DNA from: Bacillota bacterium
GTDB lineage: Bacteria; Bacillota; Clostridia; Christensenellales; Borkfalkiaceae
Assembly: GCA_019423125.1 (NCBI GenBank)
Contig: JAHZBZ010000006.1
Location: 42,404 to 106,403 of the forward strand
Direction: 5' to 3'
Length of the DNA: 64,000 nt
The notes below the pieces were generated by a model. That model saw only the letters and a program-made list of their open reading frames with translations, was not told the origin of the DNA and made no database searches. A program made the translations under genes and the position numbers. Shown piece after piece: positions 52,923 through 63,156 of this stretch. Position 1 is the stretch's first letter. Each line of letters opens with the position of its first letter.

Positions 52923-55223
52923 TCACGCCGCGGAGAACAGCCGCACGGCGATGGCGGTCATGTCGTCCTCCGCGGTTCCGCCCGCCCGTTCGAGCGCGGC
53001 GCAGAGCAGTTTTTCGGCGAGCGTCTGCGGGTTGTTCGCCCGCTCCGCGCCCAAAAATTCCGCGATGTCCGCGCTCGAGCCGAATGCCGCCGTGATCCCG
53101 TCGCTGAGGAAGAGGAGCACGTCTCCGTCCGAGAGGGTGCGCGTCAGGGTGGTCGGGCGCACCCCTTCGAGGATGCCCAGCGGCAGGGAGTCGCTCTCGA
53201 GGATCTCCACGCTCTTTTCGCCGATCAGGAAGGCGAGCGGCGAGCCGATCTTTACGATGTCCGCCCGCCCCGTGTCCAGATCGACGGCGGCGGCGTCCAT
53301 GCACGCGAAATTCTCTTCCCCGTCCAGCGCGAGCAGGCGGTTGACGGTGTCCAGCGCGAGCTCGCCCTGCATTCCCGCGCGGTAAAAGCTCTCGAGCAGG
53401 GAGAGCGCGCAGTCGGAGATTCGCCGCGCGCGTTCGCCGCTGCCCATGCCGTCTGCGAGCGCAAAGAGGAAGGTGCGTTCGTCTATTTTCTGCACCGAAT
53501 GGGTGTCTCCGCACGCCGCCTCGCCCTGTTTGGTTCGGCTCGCCACGCCGAACGCGGCGTCCAGCTTGGGCCGCTTTTTGAACAGCCTGCATGCGCGCCC
53601 GCCGGGCAGCATCCGCTTTTCGGAGAGCGCGAGCGGCACGCCCAGCGCCCGCTCCGCCGCGCGCCGCATCTTTTCGCCGTCCGCGCTCTCGGGCGCGGTG
53701 ACGAACACCTCTTCCTGCGCGAAGAACACCTCGTCGCACCCGATCCCCGCCCGTGCGAGCGAATCCTGCACCTTTTTCTCCGCCTCCGAAAAGGCGCCGA
53801 CGGGCGCGCTCTGTTCGAGCGCGAGCGCCTTGAGCAGGTCGGCGAGCGCGTGCGCCTGGTCGGCGAGCAGCCGCCTTCCCACCGCGGCGTTTTCCGCTTC
53901 CGTCTCGCGGCGGCGGAATTCGACCAGCTGTCGGTTGAGGCAGAAGAGCAGGGAAGAGGGGTTTCTGCACTTTGCGGCGAGCGCCGCGGGCATGTCGATT
54001 AGGTTTACCTTTCCCTTCGAGCACCCCACGCCGATCAGCCGCCGCAGTTCCTCCTCCCGTCCCGCGCAGTCTCCTGCGGCGTCACAGCCCGCGCACACCT
54101 CCGAGAGCACCGCCTGCAGGAGCAGTCCCTCCGCCGCGCCGCGCACGGGGTCTTCTCCCTCCTGCGGTGCGAGCGCGCCCTCGATCTCGCGGAACGCCGC
54201 CGCGGCGTCGAACAGCCGGTTTCCGATCAGCGCGCGGTTGCGGTTGATGCTCGCCTTCGTGAGCTGTCGCTCGCCGTACTGCGCGAGCCTGTTTGCGCCC
54301 GCGTCGAGCAGCGCGTTCGGCAACAGCGCGAAGAGCGCGCAGGGCAGAAAGGGCGCGAGCAGTCCGTAGTAAAAGGCGGGCGCGGAGAGAAAGGCGGCGC
54401 TCCCGCCCGCAAACGCCTCGAAGAAGTGCACGAGCACCGCGCAGAAGAACACGGCGAGTGCGGCGGGGAACTTCCCCGTCCGCAGAAAGCACAGACACAC
54501 GGCGGCGTAGAGGGTGAAAAACCCGAGCGCCCCCGCCGAGAGCTGCATCGCCTCCACGCTCTCGCAGATGGCGGCGGGCAGTGCGAGCGGCACGGCGCAG
54601 AACATCGCGTCCCCCTTCCTGCGCAGCGCACAGCACAGCAGAAGCAGAAAGAGGGAGACCCCTTCGGACACCGCCGCACCCGCGCAGTTGTACAGCCCGA
54701 TCCCGATCGCCGCGGCGGCGGCGCCGCACAGAAGCGGCTCTTCGGGCGCGAGTTTTCTGCGGAACGCGCGAAACAGCGCGCACCGCAGCGCGACGGCGCA
54801 CACGCACCCGAGCAGGAAGATCGCGGCGGCGAATACGGCGGCGCGCAGGAGATCGCCGTACACATAATTCCCGTAGAGGAAGAGATATGGCGCGAGCGAG
54901 GCGACGAGAAGGAGCGCCGAGGCGGCGCGCGGGTTTTTCCCCGCCCGCGCAAACAGGAGAAACCCTCCGCTCAGCAGAACGGTGTGCGCCGCGTGCACGA
55001 GAAAGGGGATCCATCCCGCCGCGAGCGACACCGTGCCCGCCGCGAGCGCACACAGCCCCGCGGCGAGCGGGGAAATGCCGCACACGAGCGCCGCGTACAG
55101 CAGTGCGAGCGAGAAGGGTTCGAACTGCGTCGCCGTGAAGTCGAGCAGAAACATCCCCGCCGCGAGGGCGAGGTAAAAGAGCGCCGTCTTGTACGAGTGG
55201 CGCAGAGAAAATTTTTCGGGCAT
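52923..55223 (-). CDS. spoIIE: Stage II sporulation protein E (polytopic N-terminus + PP2C phosphatase)
   Basis: About 10 TM segments, then a C-terminal PP2C domain (GDTHSV...FALADGMGSGERA...LLFLSDGI...DDMT). Confidence 0.85.
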   Translation of the reverse strand: MPEKFSLRHSYKTALFYLALAAGMFLLDFTATQFEPFSLALLYAALVCGISPLAAGLCALAAGTVSLAAGWIPFLVHAAHTVLLSGGFLLFARAGKNPRAASALLLVASLAPYLFLYGNYVYGDLLRAAVFAAAIFLLGCVCAVALRCALFRAFRRKLAPEEPLLCGAAAAAIGIGLYNCAGAAVSEGVSLFLLLLCCALRRKGDAMFCAVPLALPAAICESVEAMQLSAGALGFFTLYAAVCLCFLRTGKFPAALAVFFCAVLVHFFEAFAGGSAAFLSAPAFYYGLLAPFLPCALFALLPNALLDAGANRLAQYGERQLTKASINRNRALIGNRLFDAAAAFREIEGALAPQEGEDPVRGAAEGLLLQAVLSEVCAGCDAAGDCAGREEELRRLIGVGCSKGKVNLIDMPAALAAKCRNPSSLLFCLNRQLVEFRRRETEAENAAVGRRLLADQAHALADLLKALALEQSAPVGAFSEAEKKVQDSLARAGIGCDEVFFAQEEVFVTAPESADGEKMRRAAERALGVPLALSEKRMLPGGRACRLFKKRPKLDAAFGVASRTKQGEAACGDTHSVQKIDERTFLFALADGMGSGERARRISDCALSLLESFYRAGMQGELALDTVNRLLALDGEENFACMDAAAVDLDTGRADIVKIGSPLAFLIGEKSVEILESDSLPLGILEGVRPTTLTRTLSDGDVLLFLSDGITAAFGSSADIAEFLGAERANNPQTLAEKLLCAALERAGGTAEDDMTAIAVRLFSAA

Positions 55224-55403
55224 GGTACCTTTTCCTGTGTCTTGTATTTTTTCACATTGTACCACGCACGCGCGCGCGGGCAGTGTCCCTTTTTGCCCCG
55301 TTTTGCCCCTTTTTGGCGAAAACGCGCCCCTTTCGGGCAAGCCGCAAGGGAAAAATGCCCGCGCCCGAAAAAATTTTCGGCAGGTGCTTTTCGGGCGGGA
55401 AGG

Positions 55404-55468
55404 GCAAAAGGCCGCGCCCCGCGGGGCGCGGACCCGAATCAAAAAAAACCGCGCCCCGAAGGGCGCGG
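55404..55468 (-). terminator. Two tandem intrinsic terminators after mnmG
   Basis: CCGCGCCC-CGAA-GGGCGCGG (55449-55468) followed on the minus strand by T8. GGCCGCGCCCC-GCGG-GGCGCGGACC (55410-55435) followed by CTTTTG. Confidence 0.7.
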
Positions 55469-55477
55469 CGGAGCCGT

Positions 55478-57352
55478 CTATTTTTTGTTGAGGGAGAGAT
55501 AGACCATCAGAACGGAGATGTCCGCGGGGCTGACCCCCGAGATCCTGCCCGCCTGGCCGAGGTTTTCGGGGCGGATCTTGTTGAGCTTCTGCCGCGCTTC
55601 GAGGCGGAGCCCGTCTATCTTTTCGTAGTCGATCTCGTCGGGGAGCTTTCTGTCCTCCAGCTTTTTCGCCTTTTCGATCTGTTCCAGCCCGCGCTTGAGA
55701 TACCCTTCGTAGCGCACGTCGATGCAGGCGGTCTCAACGTCGTCCGCGCGTTCGCCCTTCAGCACGCCGAACCGCGCGCAGATGTCCGCTTCGGGGATGC
55801 CGCGGCGGAGCATGTCCTCGTAGGAGACGCCGCCCGCAGGCGCGGGGAAGCCGTGTTCCTGCAAGAATTCCTTGCAATCCTTGGGGGAAACGCGGGTGCG
55901 GAGCGCCTCGGCGATGCGCGCGAGCGCCTCTTTTCTCGCGAGGAAGCGCGCGTACCGCTCGGGCGTGACCAGTCCCGCCTCGTATCCCTTCTGCGTCAGG
56001 CGCAGGTCCGCGTTGTCCTGCCGCAGGTGGATGCGGTGCTCGGCGCGCGAAGTCATCATGCGGTAGGGCTCGTTGGTGCCCTTTGTCACGAGGTCGTCGA
56101 TGAGCACGCCGATGTATGCCTCGTCGCGGCGCAGGATGAGCGGCGGCATGCCGCGCAGTGCGAGCGAGGCGTTGAGCCCCGCGACCAGCCCCTGCGCCGC
56201 CGCCTCTTCGTAGCCGCTCGTGCCGTTGATCTGCCCCGCCGTATACAGTCCCTTCACCTTTTTGAACTCGAGGGTGGGCAGAACGTCCAGCGTGTCGATG
56301 CAGTCGTATTCGATCGCGTAGGCGTAGCGCAGGATGCGCACGTTCTCCAGCCCCGCGACGGTGCGGTACATCTCCCGCTGTACGTCGTGCGGGAGAGAGG
56401 AGGACATCCCCTGCACATACACCTCGCTCGAGCCCGCGCATTCGGGCTCGAGGAAGATCTGGTGCCGCTCCTTGTCCGCGAAGCGCACGACTTTGTCCTC
56501 GATGGAGGGGCAGTAGCGCGGCCCCGTTCCCTTGATCGCGCCCGAAAAGAGGGGGGAGCGGGAGAGGTTGGCGCGGATGATCGCGTGCGTCTTTTCGTTG
56601 GTGTAGGTCAGCCAGCAGGGGGTCTGTTCCTGCGGCACGCCGTCCGAGAGATAGGAGAAGGGATATACGCCCGTGTCTCCGTCCTGCCGCTCGCATTTGG
56701 AATAGTCGATGGTGCGCCCGTCCACGCGGGCGGGGGTGCCCGTCTTGAACCTTCGCACGGAAAAGCCGAGCTCCTGAAGGTTTTTTGTCAGCTCGGTCGC
56801 GGGCGCAAAGCCGTTCGGCCCCGCGCTCTGGCGGTATTCTCCCGCAATGACGTCGCTGCACAGATACACGCCCGTCGCGAGCACGACGGCGCGGGCGCCG
56901 ATCTCCTCGCCGAAGGTGGTGCGCACGCCGCACACCCTGCCTTTATCCGTCAGCACCTGTGCCGCCTCGCCCTGCGCGAGGGTGAGGTGCGGGGTGTGTT
57001 CGAGCGTCTTTTTCATCTCGGCGTGGTAGGCGTGCTTGTCCGACTGCGAGCGCAGGCTCTGCACCGCGGCGCCCTTTCCGACGTTGAGCATGCGGATCTG
57101 CAGCGCCGTCTTGTCCGCATTGACGCCCATCTCGCCGCCCAGCGCGTCGATCTCGCGCACGAGATGCCCCTTCGCGGTGCCGCCGATGGAGGGATTGCAC
57201 GCCATGAACGCGATGCTGTCGAGGTTGAGCGAGAGCAGGAGGGTCTCGATGCCCGTCCGCGCGAGCGCGAGCGCGGCTTCACAGCCCGCGTGCCCCGCGC
57301 CGACGACGACCGCGTCGTACCCCTCCGTTTTGAATCTGTTGGAAACCTGCAT
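55478..57352 (-). CDS. mnmG: tRNA uridine-5-carboxymethylaminomethyl modification enzyme MnmG (GidA)
   Basis: YDAVVVGAGHAGCEAA FAD motif and GPRYCPSIEDK. Confidence 0.95.
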   Translation of the reverse strand: MQVSNRFKTEGYDAVVVGAGHAGCEAALALARTGIETLLLSLNLDSIAFMACNPSIGGTAKGHLVREIDALGGEMGVNADKTALQIRMLNVGKGAAVQSLRSQSDKHAYHAEMKKTLEHTPHLTLAQGEAAQVLTDKGRVCGVRTTFGEEIGARAVVLATGVYLCSDVIAGEYRQSAGPNGFAPATELTKNLQELGFSVRRFKTGTPARVDGRTIDYSKCERQDGDTGVYPFSYLSDGVPQEQTPCWLTYTNEKTHAIIRANLSRSPLFSGAIKGTGPRYCPSIEDKVVRFADKERHQIFLEPECAGSSEVYVQGMSSSLPHDVQREMYRTVAGLENVRILRYAYAIEYDCIDTLDVLPTLEFKKVKGLYTAGQINGTSGYEEAAAQGLVAGLNASLALRGMPPLILRRDEAYIGVLIDDLVTKGTNEPYRMMTSRAEHRIHLRQDNADLRLTQKGYEAGLVTPERYARFLARKEALARIAEALRTRVSPKDCKEFLQEHGFPAPAGGVSYEDMLRRGIPEADICARFGVLKGERADDVETACIDVRYEGYLKRGLEQIEKAKKLEDRKLPDEIDYEKIDGLRLEARQKLNKIRPENLGQAGRISGVSPADISVLMVYLSLNKK

Positions 57353-57472
57353 GGTCTTGCCCCCGAAAACACAAGTGCAAAAGACCTTCGCCTTTTGCAC
57401 GGTGAAAAATTTTTTGTTGAAAGCCGCATTTGTCCGCGGCGCGAACGGATGCGCCTCATGCGCTCCGCTTTG

Positions 57473-58825
57473 TCACTGTTTGAGGATGATGTTGCGGATG
57501 TCTTCCACCTCTTTTGCGATGCGGTCGTTGACCTTGATCAGGTTGGAGACCTTCTCGCGGGAGTGGATGATGGTGGTGTGGTCGCGCCCGCCCAGCGTCT
57601 CGCCGATGGAGACGAGCGGGATGTTCATGATCTCGCACATCAGGTAGGCGCAGATCTGTCTGGGCTGGACCAGCTCCTTTTTCTTGCTCTTGCCCAGAAG
57701 CTTGTCCCGCGTGATCTTATAGAAGGAGCACACGCTGCCGATGATCTTGTCCGAAGTGACCGCCTCGTGCTCTTCGCTGACCGCCTCGTTGAGCGCGGTG
57801 CCCGCGAGCTCGAGGGTGATGGGTTTTTCGTGCAGCTTGCTCGCAAAGACGACCTTTGTCAGCCTGCCTTCGAGGGTGCGCACGTCGGTGCCCGAGTCGC
57901 GCGCGAGGAATTCGAGCACGTCCGCGGGGATCACCGCCTTGCGTTCGAACGCCTTTTGTTTGAGGATGGCGATCTTGGTCTCGTTGTCGGGCGGCTGGAT
58001 GTCCGCGATCAGCCCGCCTTCGAAGCGGGTGCGGAGCCGCTCTTCCAGCGTGGCGATCTCCTTGGGCGGGACGTCCGAGGTCAGAACGATCTGTTTGTTG
58101 TCCGCCTGCAGGGCGTTGAAGGTGTGGAAGAGCTCCTCCTGCACCGCCTGTTTCTTGGCGAGGAACTGCACGTCGTCGATGAGCAGAACGTCCACGCCGC
58201 GGTAGCGGTTGCGGAAGCGCGCCTGCAGGTCGCGGCTGTTGTTGCCCTTGTTCAGGTAAATGGAGTCGATGAGCTCGTTGATGAACTTCTCGCAGGTGGT
58301 GTAGAGCACGCGCAGAGAGGGCTTGTGCAGGTTTATGTAATTGGCGATGGACTGCAAAAGGTGCGTCTTGCCCAGCCCCGAAGCGCCGTAGATGTACAGG
58401 GGATTGAAGTTCGCGCCGGGGTTTTTCGCGACCGACTGCGCCGCCGCGAACACGAACTCGTTGCTCTTGCCCGCGACGAAGGATTCGAAGGTGTAGCGCG
58501 GGTCAAGGGAGGAGGGCACGTAGTCCTCTTCCGAATCCTCCTCGGCGCTCGTGAAGTACACTTCGTCGTTTCCCTCGACGATCAGCTCGAAATCGGTGAT
58601 GCCCGTGTCCGCCTTGCGGAAGGCCGCCTTGATCTTGTCGGTGAGGTTTTTCCCGATGTAGTTTGCGAACAGTTCCGCGTCCGTGCGCAGCACGATCTTC
58701 GTGCCGTCGATGTCCACGGGCACGAGCTTTGAGATGTAGGTGTTGTAAGTCACCGTGGACATGCTCTCCTGCAGCGTCTCGCGGATGTGCTTCCACAGAA
58801 ATTCGTACTGATTGTTTTCGGACAT
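57473..58825 (-). CDS. dnaA: Chromosomal replication initiator protein DnaA
   Basis: Walker A (GASGLGKTHLL), LLIDDVQFL, and a domain IV segment (RQICAYLMCEI...SIGETLGGRDHTTIIHS). Confidence 0.95.
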   Translation of the reverse strand: MSENNQYEFLWKHIRETLQESMSTVTYNTYISKLVPVDIDGTKIVLRTDAELFANYIGKNLTDKIKAAFRKADTGITDFELIVEGNDEVYFTSAEEDSEEDYVPSSLDPRYTFESFVAGKSNEFVFAAAQSVAKNPGANFNPLYIYGASGLGKTHLLQSIANYINLHKPSLRVLYTTCEKFINELIDSIYLNKGNNSRDLQARFRNRYRGVDVLLIDDVQFLAKKQAVQEELFHTFNALQADNKQIVLTSDVPPKEIATLEERLRTRFEGGLIADIQPPDNETKIAILKQKAFERKAVIPADVLEFLARDSGTDVRTLEGRLTKVVFASKLHEKPITLELAGTALNEAVSEEHEAVTSDKIIGSVCSFYKITRDKLLGKSKKKELVQPRQICAYLMCEIMNIPLVSIGETLGGRDHTTIIHSREKVSNLIKVNDRIAKEVEDIRNIILKQ

Positions 58826-59033
58826 AAATAACCTCGGAACTTTTGTCTTTTTCGTTAAAATGTGTTATAATAATGGCGAAAGTCGCCCCCGCAGGGGCGC
58901 AAAACCGCGGCCCCTCGCCAAACGGGTGCCGCGTGCCTGTGTTCGGATTCTATTATAATATAAAATTCCGAGAAACACAAGCTAAAATGCCGCTATTTTT
59001 TTCAGAAAAATCTGCCGCCCGGGAGATGTGAGA

Positions 59034-60119
59034 ATGTTCATCCGCACCCTTTCCCTTAAAAATTTCAGAAATTACGAGGACGAGGAATTCACTTTTTCCG
59101 ACGGCCTGAACGTGCTCTACGGCCGCAACGCGCAGGGCAAGACCAACTGCGCGGAGGCGGTGTTCTATCTCTGCGCGGGCGTGTCTCCGCGCGCGCGGAA
59201 GGACCGTCAGCTCATCCGCACGGGCGCGGAGAGCGCGCAGGTCCGCGCCGCCGCACACAGCCGCTTCGGCGAGATCTCCATCGAGGCGGAGATCTTCGAA
59301 AACCGCCGCGAGATCCGCGTCAACGGCATCCGCATCGCAAAGAACGCCGACCTGTTCGGCAACATCAACGGCGTCTTTTTCAGCCCCTCCGAGCTTCGGC
59401 TCATCCAGGACGGCCCCGAAGAGCGCAGGCGCTTTCTCAACGTCTCGCTCTCTCAGCTCTCGGGCGCCTATTATACCGCGCTCGTCCGCTACAACAAGAT
59501 CCTCGAACAGCGCAACGCCCTGCTCAAGAACCGCGATCTGGAACTCGTCTTCGAGACGCTGCCCGTCTGGGACGTACAGCTCTGCCGCTATGCGGCGGAA
59601 CTCGTCCTTCGCCGCGGCGAATACCTCGAAAAGCTCGCGCCCGCCGCCGCGGACATCCACGCCCGCCTCACCGACGGAGCCGAGCGCCTCGAGATCGGCG
59701 CCGAGCGGCACCTCGGCGCGGACAGGGAGGAGATCGCGGCGGCGCTCCTTCGCGAGATGAGCGCAAATTACGAAAAGGACGTCCGCCTCGGGTTCACGAC
59801 GGCGGGCCCGCACCGCGACGACCTGCGCATCCTGATCGACGGCAAAGAGGCGCGCGCCTTCGGCTCGCAGGGCCAGACGCGCACGGCGGCGCTTTCCGTC
59901 AAGCTCGCCGAGGTGGAGATCTTCCGCGAGGTCGCGGGGGAGAGCCCCGTGCTGATCTTAGACGACGTGATGAGCGAACTCGACCTCGCCCGCCGCCGCA
60001 AACTGCTCGCCTATCTGGACGGGGTGCAGACGCTTCTCACCTGCACGCACACCGAAAAGGTGCTGTTCGGAAAGCAGGTCAACAAGATCCGCATCGTCGG
60101 CGGAAAGATCAAAAGATGA
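59034..60119 (+). CDS. recF: DNA replication and repair protein RecF
   Basis: LKNFRNYE...GRNAQGKTN Walker A, GPHRDD, and LILDDVMSELD. Confidence 0.9.
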   Translation: MFIRTLSLKNFRNYEDEEFTFSDGLNVLYGRNAQGKTNCAEAVFYLCAGVSPRARKDRQLIRTGAESAQVRAAAHSRFGEISIEAEIFENRREIRVNGIRIAKNADLFGNINGVFFSPSELRLIQDGPEERRRFLNVSLSQLSGAYYTALVRYNKILEQRNALLKNRDLELVFETLPVWDVQLCRYAAELVLRRGEYLEKLAPAAADIHARLTDGAERLEIGAERHLGADREEIAAALLREMSANYEKDVRLGFTTAGPHRDDLRILIDGKEARAFGSQGQTRTAALSVKLAEVEIFREVAGESPVLILDDVMSELDLARRRKLLAYLDGVQTLLTCTHTEKVLFGKQVNKIRIVGGKIKR

Positions 60120-60336
60120 CATCCGCGCCCGACGCCCTTTCGGAAAGAGTGCGGGCGCAAGCGCTTTTTAAAACTTGAGAAGGAGCGAAAGCTCCTTTTT
60201 TCGTGTGTCTGCCTGCGCTTCGCGGCAGGGGCGGGAAGGCGCGCCGCTGACAGATTTTGACACGTTTTTTGCAATACGTCTGTCGGATTTTGCGTCATAT
60301 CCTGCGCATACTGTGAGAAAAGAGAGGGTCGGACAG

Positions 60337-61749
60337 ATGAAGAAGAGGATGAAAGGATTTTGCACTTTGCTGTCCGCGGCGCTCGCCGCGGGCATTTTGC
60401 TCTGCGGCACAGGCGCATCGCCCGCGCGCCTGCCCCGCAACTGTTTCGTGGACGGGACGGACGTGTCCCGCCTCACGCGCGCGCAAGCGCTCGAACTGCT
60501 CAGCGAGCGGTGCGAGGAAGAGTTCGCGGGCGCAAAGCTGTGCATCGCGGCGGGCGGGCGCGAATACGTCTTTGCCGCGCCCGAGCTGTACGTGCGCACG
60601 GACGCAAAGGAAGTGTTGCGCGGCATCGTGCGCGGCGGAAAATACCCGCTGGAAAAGCGGCTGTGCCTGCGCGGGGAGGAGAGCGCGATCGCGCGCGTCT
60701 GCGAGGATGCCTATCGTCCCTGCGTCAACGCGCGCGTGCTCGCGGATGCGGACGGGGTGCGCGTGCTCCCTTCGTCGCAGGGGGTGCGCGTGGACGCCGT
60801 GCGTTTGCGCGCGGACGTCGGTGCGGCTCTGTCGGCGGGCGGCGGCAGGATAGAGGCGTGCCTTCTGTCCATATTGCCCTGCGTCTCCACGGAGCAGGCT
60901 CAGCGGAGCGCGGCGTGCGTCGCGCGCTTCACCACGCGGTTCAGCACGGGCAACGCGCCGCGTTCGGGCAACATTGCGCGGGCGTGCGAGCTGATCGGCT
61001 GCCGCACCCTCGCGCCGGGGGAGGTGTTCTCCTTCAACGGAACGGTGGGCAGGCGCACGCGCGAGAACGGATTTGCGGAGGCGCCCGTCATCCTGGACGG
61101 CGAGTTCGTGCCCGGCGTGGGCGGGGGCGTGTGCCAGGTCAGCACGACGCTCTACAACGCCGCCCTTCTCGCGGGCTTTGACGTGCTCGAATGCCATCCG
61201 CACAGCCTCGCGGTCGGGTATGTGGAGCCCTCTTTCGACGCGATGGTGAGCGGGGAGAGCGATCTGCGCTTTCAGAACACGCTGGGCTGTACCGCGTATG
61301 TGCGCATGGTCGCGGGGGCGGGCTTTGTGACCGCGGAGGTGTACGCCGAGGAGAGCGACCGCAGCGTGACGCGGCAGAGCGTCGTGACGGGCAGGATCGC
61401 TCCGCCCGAGCCCGAGGTGCGCGAGGGGGAGGAAGACTGCGAGATCCGCGCCGCCAAGGAAGGACTTTCCAGCGAGGGCTGGCTGATCGTGCGCGAGGGC
61501 GGAAAGGAGCGGCGCGTCCGCCTGCGCAAAGACCGCTATGCCGCGGTGCGCGGCGTCGTGCAGAAGCGGAAAGAGGAGCAAAAAGATGGGGAGACGGAGA
61601 GGGGCACGGCAGGAGAGAAACAGCCTGCCACATGCGCGCGCGGGACAGAACGCGCGGGTGCGCGTATAAATCTTTTCGGGAATCTCCGCCATATACTTGA
61701 TAAATCGGGAAAAAAATGTTACAATGGAGAGAATAAAATGGCACAATGA
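60337..61749 (+). CDS. VanW family protein (secreted/membrane-anchored)
   Basis: N-terminal signal-anchor. VanW core FSFNGTVGRRTRENGFAEAPVI...GGGVCQVSTTLYNAAL. Confidence 0.8.
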   Translation: MKKRMKGFCTLLSAALAAGILLCGTGASPARLPRNCFVDGTDVSRLTRAQALELLSERCEEEFAGAKLCIAAGGREYVFAAPELYVRTDAKEVLRGIVRGGKYPLEKRLCLRGEESAIARVCEDAYRPCVNARVLADADGVRVLPSSQGVRVDAVRLRADVGAALSAGGGRIEACLLSILPCVSTEQAQRSAACVARFTTRFSTGNAPRSGNIARACELIGCRTLAPGEVFSFNGTVGRRTRENGFAEAPVILDGEFVPGVGGGVCQVSTTLYNAALLAGFDVLECHPHSLAVGYVEPSFDAMVSGESDLRFQNTLGCTAYVRMVAGAGFVTAEVYAEESDRSVTRQSVVTGRIAPPEPEVREGEEDCEIRAAKEGLSSEGWLIVREGGKERRVRLRKDRYAAVRGVVQKRKEEQKDGETERGTAGEKQPATCARGTERAGARINLFGNLRHILDKSGKKCYNGENKMAQ

Positions 61750-61773
61750 ACTCATTTTCGGAGACAAGAGGTT

Positions 61774-63156
61774 ATGCAGAGAACGCACATTCGTCAACTT
61801 TACAGGTGCGCCGCCGCGTATGACGGCAAAGAGGTCACAATCTGCGGCTGGGTCCGCACGTTGCGCGATTCCAAGGCCTTCGGCTTTATCGAGCTCAACG
61901 ACGGCAGCTTTTTCAAGAACTGCCAGGTCGTGTTCGAGCGGGACAAGCTCGCAAATTACGACGAGATCGCGCGCCAGAACGTCGGCGCGAGCCTTGTCGT
62001 GACGGGCAAGGTCGTCTGCACGCCGCAGAACAAACAGCCCTTCGAGATCAAGGCGTCTGCTGTCGAAGTGATGGGCGCGTCCACGCCCGATTATCCGCTG
62101 CAGAAAAAGAGGCATTCGATGGAGTTTCTGCGCGAGATCGCACACCTGCGCCCGCGCACGAACACCTTCAACGCGGTGTTCCGCATCCGCAGCGAGGCGG
62201 CTTTCGCCATCCACAAGTTCTTCCACGACCGCGGCTTCGTCTACGTCCACACGCCCATCCTCACGGGCAGCGACTGCGAGGGCGCGGGCGCGATGTTCCA
62301 GGTGACCACCCTCGATCTGGACAAGATCAAAGGTGAGGTGGACTACAAAAAGGATTTCTTCGGCAAAAAGGCGTCCCTGACCGTGTCCGGACAGCTGGAC
62401 GTCGAGACGTACGCGATGGCGTTTTCGGATGTGTACACCTTCGGTCCCACCTTCCGCGCCGAGCGCTCCAACACCACCCGCCACGCGGCGGAATTCTGGA
62501 TGATCGAGCCGGAGATGTCGTTCTGCGACCTCGCGGGGGACATGGACGTCGCGGAGGCGATGGTCAAGGCGATCATCCGCCACGTCAAGGAAGCGTGCCC
62601 CGAGGAGCTGGCTTTTCTCAACGCCTTTGTCGACAAGGAGCTCATCGCGCGGCTGGACAACGTGCTGGAGAGCGAATTCGTGCGGCTTTCCTATACCGAG
62701 GCGGTCTCCATCCTCGAAAAGGTCAAGGACAAATTTGAATTCCCCGTATATTGGGGGTGCGATCTGCAGAGCGAACACGAGCGTTATCTGACCGAGCAGG
62801 TGTATAAGAAACCCGTGTTCCTCACCGATTATCCCAAGGAGATCAAGGCGTTTTACATGCGCCTCAACGACGACGGCAAGACGGTCGCGGCGGCGGACCT
62901 GCTGGTTCCCGGAATCGGCGAGCTGATCGGCGGATCTCAGCGCGAAGAGCGCGAAGACGTGCTCCTTGCGCGCATGAAGGAGATGGGGCTCCGCGCGGAG
63001 GACTATTCGTGGTACATAGACCTCCGCCGCTACGGCGGAACGGTGCACGCGGGCTTCGGGCTCGGCTTCGAGCGCATGATCATGTACCTCACGGGCATCG
63101 CGAACATCCGCGACGTTCTGCCCTTCCCGAGAACAGTGGGGAATTTGGAGTATTGA
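61774..63156 (+). CDS. asnS: Asparagine--tRNA ligase
   Basis: Class IIb: N-terminal OB fold, motif 2 [21 protein letters not shown] and motif 3 GFGLGFERM. Confidence 0.95.
   Translation: MQRTHIRQLYRCAAAYDGKEVTICGWVRTLRDSKAFGFIELNDGSFFKNCQVVFERDKLANYDEIARQNVGASLVVTGKVVCTPQNKQPFEIKASAVEVMGASTPDYPLQKKRHSMEFLREIAHLRPRTNTFNAVFRIRSEAAFAIHKFFHDRGFVYVHTPILTGSDCEGAGAMFQVTTLDLDKIKGEVDYKKDFFGKKASLTVSGQLDVETYAMAFSDVYTFGPTFRAERSNTTRHAAEFWMIEPEMSFCDLAGDMDVAEAMVKAIIRHVKEACPEELAFLNAFVDKELIARLDNVLESEFVRLSYTEAVSILEKVKDKFEFPVYWGCDLQSEHERYLTEQVYKKPVFLTDYPKEIKAFYMRLNDDGKTVAAADLLVPGIGELIGGSQREEREDVLLARMKEMGLRAEDYSWYIDLRRYGGTVHAGFGLGFERMIMYLTGIANIRDVLPFPRTVGNLEY

Noticed and set aside
58826-59033. Calling the dnaA-recF spacer oriC
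   Set aside because: It is relatively A/T-rich and flanked by diverging genes. However, I could find no good DnaA boxes by eye (best 5-6/9), no dnaN, and the 25-kb plus-strand block at 22-47.6 kb conflicts with an origin here. It is left as an open question in the findings.
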